Source: Tubiluchus corallicola
Taxonomy: Eukaryota; Animalia; Priapulida
NCBI GenBank assembly: GCA_030141605.1
Contig: JAQGDQ010000302.1
Location: 221,860 to 285,859, forward strand
Length of the DNA: 64,000 nt
Direction of reading: 5' to 3'
Each line of letters opens with the position of its first letter. Positions within the stretch are counted from its first letter, which is position 1. The notes below the pieces were generated by a model. It had not been told where the DNA came from, searched no databases, and saw only the letters and a program-made list of their open reading frames with translations. Shown here piece after piece: positions 1-12,000 of the stretch. A program made the position numbers and the translations under genes.

Positions 1-29
1 CCATCCTGGTAATCACCATATGATGTATC
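1..29 (-). CDS. unc-13: unc-13 exon, partial (DTSYGDYQD...)
   Basis: tttccttgcag|GATACATCATATGGTGATTACCAGGATGG, phase 0, truncated by the window edge. Confidence 0.75.
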
Positions 30-3000
30 CTGCAAGGAAAGGCACTTGGTGAAATGTCATGTCAACAACAAAGTGCATGATGCAAAAGCACAGACACATT
101 GAAAACGACATGGCTAAAACCATACCTGACGTGAAAGATAAGGGCGACTAGTAGCACTGCGATACTGATGAACAGATGTATTGTGCTGGTGCTGATGCGG
201 AATAGGATAGTTGATATCACTGGTGTAATCGGAATCCTCTGACATGCCAGCTGAAATGTACAAATAATACTGATAAATTACATGAAGAAAATAAAGATCA
301 TGAAATCTGTGACCACACTTCGCTAAACACTACTCACTGCTTGCTAGAAGTGTTCCTACTACCAACTTCTGAAACTAATCACTCCAGAATCAAACAAGGT
401 AGTAGAGTTTATCACACACATTTTCAGTGTTGATAAATTTTAGCAAAGAAGTATGAATTACATAAATTACAATTGTTCTAGCAGATTTCTGGTTTTGTAA
501 AGCCCTTCTTGGATTTCCCAAAAAAGTTACTGTATGACAACGTAGATGCTGGCGGGACCAATATACTTGCAATGCTTTGCTGAAATAATCAACCAACCAA
601 TTTGCATATCTGAGAAAAGAAAGCTTGGTTTTGGATCAAAGTAGCAGCATTTGACAGAAAAACAAAAAAGTGAGTTCCCCAGTTGACCAGAAACATTGGT
701 GAGCCAAAATCCATTCACTGACAAAAAACGCTAGAAAATTTTCAGTTAAACATTATTTGACTAAAGGAGATTCAGATTCAGAATAAGATGAAATGCATTG
801 GCATTAAGTTTGTTAGTGGATAGACAATCAATAATCAATAACCAGTTGCTTTTTTACCTTCATTAAGATGCACCACTCTATTCTCAATACCCAACTATCA
901 TTGGGGCATTACATATTATGAAATAAAGCCCTATTCCCAATACCCAACTATCACCGGTAGCACCATGCAACACTGTCTATTTCTGTATTCTAAATCAACT
1001 TCACTCTGGGCTCCATTGAGGCCTTTAGTGGTCCTTGCGAGTTGTTGAATGTGGGTGTTGTTTTGGAGAGTTTTAGGTTTCTCATATTGTGTTCACACTT
1101 GGTTGGAAAATGCAATAATGTAACAATTGTATATTACTCTTCTGCTGGTTCTTGTAATTATTTCTCGTATTATGTAGACCATGCTTATTTAATCGTTAGC
1201 TGGTGATGTTTGTTGGATCTGATATGCAAGGTACTATTTCAAGTTTTCTGTACATGAGAACCTCTGATATTCTGGCAATTTAATTTCACTTTTGTGATTA
1301 TGTAATGATATTGCACGTTTTGGTAACAGTGTCATAAACTGTACTGATTATATGTTTTAGCTTGATTCTAGCATTGAAAATGACATTATGCTGTCGAAAC
1401 GATCGTCTGTGCTAATAAATACCATGTTGATTCCTAGATGCTGGTTCTTTCACATATTCAAATCTGTATTAATTTTATAATCAATAAATAATCTCGAACT
1501 AAGATTACAGATGTGTGCTTGCATAGCAAAATCGTCCATAAGTCGGCAATTAAGGTTTTCTAGCTAGTCACATATCTCGAATCTCCATTTCATCGGGATC
1601 ATTTTGATACCAAGCTCATCACTGTATATTATTTCTAAGCTGACATAATCAACGTTGAAGTTGAGGTGCACACTACACATAGAAAACCATAATCTTAAGA
1701 AAATAGCTATTAAAGTTAGCATTTGTTTTTTATCGCGTTTTTTTTCTTCAAAACACTTGACAACAAATGTTGGTTGCTATGGACTTTGCAAGAACACACT
1801 GAAGTTATGTTTAAATCTTGTAGGTGGCTCTTCCTGACGAAGGCCTGGGCTTGGCAACAGAATGAAGCTAAAGCAAAATGACAGCTTCCAGGAGCTACTA
1901 TCGAAGTTTGAAAATAGGAGTCTTTTACAATTGCAGTACTAGTTTCCAGACAGAAAGTGGGCGAGGAGTTATAAAATTAAATTTTTAGTGTTTGTTTTAA
2001 CACTTTCTTGATAATTTGATGCTAGAATACAAAAGTACAGTATATTTAACATTGGTTTTTACAAAATACGAAAAATGACATTTGACAAAATTTTTGGGTC
2101 ATTCTACTTTAATGCACCATAACTATGCAGCCTTAGAGATGGTTTTGGTTTGCAAGCACACAAATAATTAATTAATTACCTTAGGATAATTTCAAGCTGT
2201 CAATTAAATATAAAAATAAATTGTAATGCTTAAAGACGAAAGTTGGCACTACAATTGGTCAATGACGGGATAAATGACCCAGTTCAATACTCGCTCTGCA
2301 TGGATTCATTCGCCATATTGAGATCCAAAAGTGGGTAACACATTTCTGTTGATTCAATGCACATCTTACAGGTATAATTCGACAATGAGTCAATAAGTCA
2401 GGACCCGATCGTGTTACAATCATGTAATTTGAGCAATATCAGCCACTGACTGCTGGATTCTGGCCCTAGTGTTCTGAATTACATGTAAAGTAATCTAATT
2501 AATTAGCAATTACTCTAGAGTGACTAAGGTAATTCTTGGAAATGCTAAATTTATTAATGAGCCGTATAGGATTGCATTAAGACATGCCACAATCAAAGGA
2601 GTGAGTAATAGACTAGTCATGGTGTTACAGACTTGCAATCAAAACATTTAGTGTAAATCCAAGTTCAGTCGCAATTTTTTTAGCATTTCCTTCCATTCAG
2701 ACAAGTTTGTTTGAAATTCAATAACTGTGTCTTCATTCCGTCATTAATAGATTCTCCCTTGAAACAAAGCTTCTGATCTTAATGAGCTTGAGGAAATGCA
2801 TATGTTTGTGCAATGCTGAAGTATAGCCAGCAAAAATTAAGCAAAAAAATCAACAGAAAAAAAATGTAGAATTTCAAAGGTACCTTTACAGAATGCTGTT
2901 TGGGGTCAAAGGACAATAAAAGGGGTACTTAAGTAGGTTTCAGAAAAATCGCCTTAAAAATTATATTACTTTACGGCAATTTTATGCGTAAATCGTACTC

Positions 3001-6000
3001 GCTTTTAAAGGATTTTTCGTTTGTTTTCATTTTAAATCGCCCACGATGCTCTTACGACCACGCCATTACATGACGTCATATATGCACAACATCAGAGGAA
3101 GAAAAGAAAATGTTAAACTATGACCCAAAAAACTTTCCATGCAAAGTTATATTGCTTAGCATTCACTTACTTGCTTGAAAGACTTATGTAATTAGAAAAG
3201 AAAATTATTAATTATTTAAAATGTTTTTGCCAATTGGTAAAATGTTGCTGACTCAACTCCACGGTGCACCACTCACTAACCAAAAAACGTATTTTTAATC
3301 TTATTGACAAGATACAGTAATTTTAAATTTTACTTAGTGACGTGTGCACTACGAATGCTCTGATTTTTTCAAACTTTACTTAGTGTTATATAAACTTGTT
3401 TCAATTGACTCTTCATCAAAATGGCTGCGTCATCGTGAGAGTTTAAATTTACATGTCTTATATAGCGTTACTGCAGACGCAAGCCTTGTATGCAAAAATG
3501 CTGTAAAATGATATAAAATTTCAAGACGAATTTTTTAAGCTTGATATAAGTGCAGGGTTTTCTTGTGCTTTAAATGGCCTGTAAGGTACACAATTCGATT
3601 TGTAAATTTGATGAAGAAAAAAATTAAACTCGTCAACTAGAAAAACCAAATAAGAAGATTCGTCAATTGAAACCTCTAGTTACTATAGCATTATTTACAG
3701 TTCAGAGGATCAGTTACTGACATAATTAGATAGACTTCAACAGCACATTGTGGGCAGTAACAGCACACAGGAGTGTCAGCAGGTGAAACATGCAGTATTA
3801 TAGAATGTCTTCATAGTAATGATCCTGATAAAGAAATTGGTTCACGACGGGGATAAATTTAATGGGACTCGCATCAAACTATACTACCCATTTTTTGGTT
3901 TTTACAAATCATTATTTATTTTGACTAGCACTACGTGCAATTTGAGAAATACAGAATCCATTTGTTCACCTAATTTTACCTACATGAAAAAAACAAACAA
4001 GCATAACATACATATAATGGTACATTCCTCTATTGTAAAAGTAGGTTATTTGTTTGTGAGTGTAATAATGTAACACACAATTTTATTGGTTAGTTCTACT
4101 GACCATCTCCACTTTCAACAGATTTTTAGCTAGGCCTAGAATCTGCAAAATGCCTTTTTTATAAACTTAGACAGTTTTTCTCTTTGTTACAATGAGACTT
4201 GTGTGTGAAAACTGAAAATCAAGAATTTATTAGTGAAGCCAGTTCCAGCCACTCTTCAAAACTGACAACAATCACCAGAAAGGTAAACAATAGTATTGGA
4301 TCCCTTATAAGACAACTGAAAACCAGACAATTTAGTGTCAACTGTAGTCTGTTGTGTAACATAATAATGTGCATAATAGGCCCACCAAGGTAAAATGAAA
4401 AGCTTGTGTAAGTTTAGTTCAACATTTATAGTAGGGTTAGTAAGAACGCTTTAAGTTGTAATAGGGTGAAAAAAACAGTCTTATAGTGACAAGCATATAC
4501 TTAAATGCCAAAGGATTAGCACAGAAGTCAGCCTGCATTGTTGAAATTAGTAAAGTATATTCATAATTGGCAAAGGGGCGCACAATACAAAACCAGGTGA
4601 ATACCAAGTTTTACTTAAATGCCTTCAGTGAGTGTAAAATAAAGAAAAACAGAATCTGTTGTCATTTTACTTGTAAGCACTGCATTTTTGTAGGCCTCGT
4701 ATATTCACAAAAAAGTTATTGTGAATGCTAATCAAAAAATGTTACTTGCTAAACTAAAAAAAAATAAATAAAAATCTGATTAGCAGTCGGCGCTCATCAA
4801 ATTTGAAAAATTAAATTCATCCCTGCCGAATCTAGTCAGTCCTGTCTGTTTTGCATATGTTTGTATTGCAAAGCGGTGCCACAGGATTACTGATTTTGTG
4901 TAATTGCAATCGTTATTGCATCACCATACACATTCCATTTGTCATCATCGACTTTACAGCATCAGATTTTTAAATTCAAGTAACTGAAAACTGATGGATT
5001 TCAATCAAAACTGAATGCTACTCTACTTGCATAGTTTTAGTAACTAATAAACTTACAATGAGACAATGTTTGTCGCCGGTGTTGCTCTTTTAACATGTTC
5101 ATCTGAAAAAAAACAAAGGAATTCATTGGCTGTTATGTGGTTTACATCACATTACAGGATACGTGATCCTAAACTTCGGCAAGATTATAAAATAAATTAA
5201 AATAATCATTGAAGTGACCAACAATTTATAACGATATCTTTAAGAAAGAAATATGGTTGAAACATAAAGGAGGAGTAAATTGAAATTGCACCTTGAATGC
5301 TAAGACCTTTTATAATGTTTCCTTTTTTGCTTAAAGAACTTAAAAAAGGTTTGGAAATTTAGATTATTAATTAGGTTAGTTATTGAAACCTGCAGATTAC
5401 TCTAGGCTATGAATAAAAAAGTACAAAAAATTAAACTAGTCAGTCAGTAGTTGCTCTAGCATCATTACACTAACACTTAGAAATGCAAGAATAAAGGCTG
5501 GGCAAAAAGATTAAATAAAAAACTGTCTTAATCACAAGGGACTATTGAGAATGGTCTAGTGACACACGGCGGCGATGAGTTTATAACCTAAAGGTCTTGG
5601 TTCAAATACAACTCAGTTCCAAATTTTTCACTTTTTCTTCTATGGCATATCTGGATTCGAAATTTAATAACTTGTGGGCTTACTTGGTCACAACATCATT
5701 CCGTCATTCAGCTACATGGTCTCAAAGAAAGATCAAAACAGAGTATAACATGACAGGCTGCTTTTTTACATTGTTAATAATAGAGAACCTGCAGATGGAT
5801 TCAGAAAACAAATTAAATATAAAGAATTGCTAGTTAGCCATTTATTATTAATTAACCATACAAATGATCACTCATATCAACAGTTATGCATGTTTATAAG
5901 AGAGGCATTGAAATGATATTAGATATTCCCTTGAGTTTCCCAAATTTCTTGTGCATTAGGAACTGTATATAAAGGAATTTAGGCAGGAATGCTTATAGTA

Positions 6001-9000
6001 GACATCAGATAACTCATTACCAGCGGCGGATTATGATTTTATGGGCCTTAGGCTTGAGCTTGGAACGGGCCTTTTAAATGCTGCTACACTGCTGAGCTGA
6101 CGTGTTTTTGTGGAGCTCTCGTCGTTTGTAAGTTGGTTTAATTTTGTGAGTTTTTGTTTACATATGTGTTAGAATGTACTTGTGTATGATGGTTTCAAAC
6201 TGCTGTGGGGAACGATCATTCTCTGCTCTGAAAAGGATAAAAACTTATTTACGGTCATCTCTACAGGATGACAAATTGAACAATTTATCACTGATGCATA
6301 TTGAATCAGATATGTTGAAAAAAAAATGGACTTTTCAGAAATTATAACTGACTTTGCCCCCAGAAAAATTCGGAAACTGAAAATTTGAACTTAAACTTAA
6401 ACTGTGTAAACGTGAATTGTGTAAACTTGAATTGTGTAAACTTGAATTGTCTAAACTTAAATTGTGTGAACTTGATTTGTGTAAACCCGATTTGAAATAT
6501 AGTGACTGACTTTTGAAAAAAAAACTTTTTTCTATATTTTATTTTGGCGGGCCCCTTGCTCTTTTGTCAATTTATTTTTTTTTACAAAAAATTTTTTTTT
6601 CGTTTTATTTTGCCGGGCCCCTTTTGATCCCGGGCCTTAGGCTTCAGCCTATTCAGCCTATAGGGCTATCCGCTACAGCTCATTACACAATTACTACGTG
6701 ACAGTTTTCAATTTAAGCTAACATATATAATTTGTTTAATTATTTATTTATACTTTATTTATATTCATATCAAGAATAACTGCAAGACCTATTCTATGAC
6801 TAACACACTTATAGACCTGAAAAGCCTGTACAAGCTACCTCAGTAATCATACTTCAAAAGCAGATGAAACTGGATACTAAATTAATTCCGTGAGCAAAGT
6901 GCACAGGAAACGACAGTAATGCAGACAGTGTAGGTTTGCAATCTCTGCTGCCAATTTCAAATATTAAGTAATGCTTTGTTTGCGCAATTTTAGATGGAAA
7001 GTAAATGTTGAGCAGAAGCCAATTTAAAACTCCTTTTCACTTGGCTGTTCCAATAAGCTCCCAACATTTACTTAGCTGCAGAAATATTATTAAAGCTATG
7101 TTGAGCTATGCACATAGAGCTTAACACAAGTGCATGGCAAGCAATCCTAACAGCAAAACAAATTAGTGAATAGTTTTTAAGAACTTCTCACGCATGGACT
7201 AAGACACGATTTAAACAACAATTCTGAGATATCTTTTTATTTGCAAAGAAATTGCAGAATGATTTCAGGAAATTACATGGCACGAAAAACAAGTAGTAGG
7301 TCCTACTACTGAAATACCAAGCATTAGAATGGGCCCAATTAAAACAAATTGAAATTCAATAACTCAAAATTTAAAGAAATGTGTATAAATTTTTTCAGAC
7401 TTGAAACAAATGTTCCTCCCGTTACTATTAATTGTGAAAGTGTTGAAAGAGTCAGCTCCATTAAACTACTAGGTGTCCATATTTCTGATAACTTAACCTG
7501 GAATGTACATGTTGAAGAGATACTCAAAAAAGCCTGCAACGTATTTACTTAATAAGACTTTTAAAGAGAGCAGGTATTTCTCAGAAAGATATGATTACTG
7601 TTTATTGTACATAAAAATAAGACCAATATTGGAACTCGCTTGACCTGCTACGTAAATGCTTTGCAGCTATGAAAAATTGAATATTTATCTGAATGTAGAA
7701 ATGACATTTGCAAGAAATTTTTTTAAGTCAATCCGAAATCAAGACAGTAGACTCCTTTATTACCTCAACACAAGCCCCATAAGCGCAATCTTCGTAAACA
7801 ACTAACGTACCCTTTACCTCTTTGCCGAACTGAAAGTTTTAAAAGTAGTTTTATACCATATGTTTATATTTATATTTATTTATAGTTATATTTACAGTTT
7901 TATAGATATCAGTAAGTTCATTACTACCGTATACACTGTGACACTAGATATTATAATAATGGATTTTAATAAGATTAATCTTAACGTAAATTATTGTCTT
8001 TTAAATGTAATTTAAACTGTAATTTAATGTTAGGTAAAGTCATTTTAATGTAAAGTAATTTAATGGTAATTTTAAACCTCAGTGTATCTTAATTAAAGTA
8101 ATGTAATTTAACCTTCAGGTTACAAGAGTTTGAATAATAAACTAATAATAACTAAAAAGAATTTAAATAGATATCACTAGGTGAATTCACTACATCCCGG
8201 GACACACAAAGACTCCTTTTCTATTTAGTTCAATTCAGGATTTATTCATAAGCGACACGAAAACTGAAGCAAAAATTCAAGGCACAAGTGTATTAAACTA
8301 CAGAATATAATTGCAACTAGCTAATGTGTACTAAACCAAAGAAACAACTAAGTAGTCACAGTTTGCTTAGTTCCTAAGTTAACATTAAATTACGCTCGAC
8401 TTGAATGAAAACATCTGAAACTTAATCAAAACTTCAACAGCAGAAATTCTCATGCCATAATATATAAGAAAGTAAGCAATGTGAAGCATGATCTGGAAAT
8501 GGAAGGGTGACCTCTGTGGGAAAACTGCTGATAATGGCATTTCATGCTATGCTGACAAAGACAATTTCTGTTGTTGAGAAAGGGTGGCTATGACACCTCT
8601 GCTGTTCAGTGCCTCATTGTAGATGATGACCTTTGATGATGAGTCATGACCAATCTAGCTGCAAACATCTACAATAAGTAAGCCCTGTCACTGTTTGCTG
8701 CATACTGTTTTTGCAGCCTGTTGAACTGCATAAAAATCAAATAGAAAAAACTCCTGACAGTCACAGCTTTTGCAATCCAATTACTATCAGTTACTGTCTA
8801 TTAGGCTACTTACATGTATTTGTACAAATATATAACAAGTCTTTCCAATTTGTTGTATATCAGTTTATTCGAGTTAATCATTCGATGTCCTTAGGTTTAT
8901 CAATTTAACCAAAATAACACTCTACAGTGAGACAAACTTTAGCAACTCTTAAATGTGTACAGAAAGTTATATTTTTTACTAAAAATAACAATTCTTTAAC

Positions 9001-12000
9001 TTATTCCCACCCAGCAGCCCTGCCTAACATGCCTACCAGCCACAATGAAGTCTAACGATGTAAACCACAATCGCGGCCAATTTTGGTCAATACACGATTA
9101 CACGTTGTTTTGTTAATGTTGGGTTGGCGCAGTTACCACAGATTTCAATTCACTGCCAGTAAATTTGCCAATACCAGGCAGAAATGACCACCCAAAACAG
9201 CAATTACATACACATTTTTAGAATTGCTGCTTTTATTTGCAAACACAGCATGCAGTACTGAACCTTTCACAAAAGAATAAAACACAGTCATTCCAATTTA
9301 TTGTGAAACAGTGAATACAGTTTGTAATAGAAATGCAGAAATCACGAACAAATCTTTAAAATGTAAAAAAACTGTGCAGGCATTTAGGCAAACATTTATA
9401 ATTTGATAATACCATAACATAAGCAGAATTACATGCACAGTAAAAAAAATTTTACTGGTTGGCAAGTTAACTATTTAACATTATATATAATCACATTTAT
9501 CAGTTAATGCCATTACATTTATGAGTTAATGCTTTTGTAACAATAAAAAGAAACTATAAAAAAATTGTAATAAAGCAATGTACAATTATGACAAGGATCA
9601 AAACTAAAAGCAGGTAACATGCTGTTTAATTGAAGTTGGATCAATGCCCTACCTGAAACTCGGGGTCGGGGACTACAGAGTCAGCCGCAGCCTCCCCTGT
9701 ATTCGTCAGCTGTGCAATACAAAATAAATATGAAAATGTATCAGTCAACTGCTACACTATAATCTAGACAACACAACTAAATGTCAACAAGCGAAAGACC
9801 AGTGCAAAGGGTCATTACTACAATGATAAGACAAACTTAAGACAATCTAATGCATGACGTACAATAAGTGCTAACATAAAATTACTAAGAATATCTATAA
9901 AACCAATTACATTAGTTTACAATATTTTTATAATAATTTACCGTACTCAAAAGACTTGCAACTAATGAGATTAAATCCCGAAATTCAACTAAGACTGACA
10001 TGTGTCCAAAGGCACTAAAGGCCATTTTTACAATAGGTACACCTAGTATCTATAGCAAAATCAATCAATCACACTTTTTGAAAATGGAGTTTACTGCAAC
10101 AATCGCAGATCAAAAACTCAACATTTAATGAATGGTGATTATGCTTTTAAATTTTAATGCAGTATTTTGGAAACAGTTGTTAAAGTTGTCATGATCTTGG
10201 CAGTTACTTTCACCTGTTACTCACTTAATGCAATATACTGTAACGCTAGTAAAACTCTAGTGCCGCAGATGCACTAGACGCATTTCACAGTGCTTGAGCT
10301 AATATTTGCAAATATATCATTTCACGGTAATAACCACGAAAGCAATAAATTTTTCATCAAAGTTGAATCCGACGCAGTTAAAGAGAAAACTCGTATGTCT
10401 AGATTTAAAACTTCGGGGAATTTCTTCAAAACGCTGACTCAGGGCAGGAAACTTTTAAAAAAATATAGTTAAATTTGCTTAAAAGTATTGTCATATAACG
10501 AAAAATAGACAATGGCAACTTTTATGACAATAAAATTATACGTGATTGTCTTACATCTATTGTATAGACAATACTATTATGATAAACATCTTGTTTTATA
10601 TCAAATGACAACACAATTCTGGTAACTAACTGTATTACATCCGCTGACAAATAAAATTATAATAAATCCTTTGTCTTACATCTGCTAACAAAATAATCAT
10701 TGTTTCATATCTAATAATAAAATAATTATGATAAACCAACTGTCTTACCTCAACTGACAATAAAATTATGATAAAGTAAATGTCTTACATCTATTGACAA
10801 TACAATCTTGAAAAAACACATTGTTTTACATCTAATGCCAAAACAATTGTAATAAACCAACTGTATTAAATCCACTGACAATGAAATTACAATAAAGCCA
10901 TTGTCTTACAGACATTGCTTATTTAATTTACACTGTGAAATTATTTGTAATCTATTAATAATTATTAAACTACATATTAAACTACTACATGCATGTGTGT
11001 GCAATCACAAAACAGTAATTTCCTACTGTCAATGTCATCTGCTCAAAGATTTATTCCTATTAAATAATCCTATCGAATCTGTAATGTCTTTTTTTTTCAA
11101 AAAACGAATACCTAGTGGCCATGCTCCAGAGCATAACGATGAAGACAATATAAAAACTCGGCTGAAATGATGGTAAAAACAGATTACAGATATCAAATCA
11201 TGGAATGCAAATTTGTGAAAATTTAGTATGTACTGTTTACCTCAAAATGAGTAAATGGCACTATTATATGAATAAGGAAAGTGAACGGAATGCTGAGAAC
11301 TGAACGGCTCTAGAGAGTTACTCGCGAGTGAGTAACCCAAAAGAGTAAAAGAGAATACACCTAGTTATTTATTTTGAAAGAATAAACTTGAAAGAAAGGT
11401 GTGTAAACTAGTACGTTAGTAGCATCTGCACCTGTTTGAAAAACTTGGGCAGTAATAGAAACCTTTCATGTAGTCAAACCACCATCATCACCTATTGAAT
11501 CACGTATTCAGGGACACGATATTGTTCGGCTGTTTATGCCAAGACTACTTTCTGCAATAGACCAAGTACTTCTATCTCTATGGATCAGTGTTGAAGTGTT
11601 TGAAATCTGTCCAAATATGTTAACACAGAATTGTCCTTCTACCAAATTTCTGGCTGGTTCTATTGCTTACTGAAGAGTTATTTTCACTGGACTGTAGGTC
11701 ACTAGACTCATCAGGTAGACTAAGCATATGCCCAATCCATCTTAAACAACATCTTTGTTTTCTTGCGTAAGGTTCCTCTTATTTTTTCCATACAGATCTT
11801 CATTTGGAATTTTCTTTAGCCATCTAACACTCAAAATGTTTCTAAAAATTCGTTTTTATTTCAGCTTTATAATTTGCTTTTAAAATTTAGAGTTCAGAGT
11901 TATACTGAAATACAGTTGGAACTAGGGTTAAGAATATTCTGATTTTGTTTCCAATGATATCTTCCTGTTATCAAAAACTTTTGTGAGTTTTCAATATGCT

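Noticed and set aside
1833-1870. CTGACGA-AGGCC...GGC-AAC, hammerhead-like
   Set aside because: Lacks the GAAA strand and any convincing stem I/III; at best a heavily decayed relic.
2921-3690. Possible Kolobok-like foldback element (AGGGGTACTTAAGTAGGTTTC start)
   Set aside because: The right end matches only partially and no TSD could be defined, so boundaries cannot be supported.
10500-10915. Regularly spaced ~40-bp repeats as a possible CRISPR-like array
   Set aside because: Units are degenerate tandem copies with no unique spacers, in a eukaryotic intron with no cas genes.
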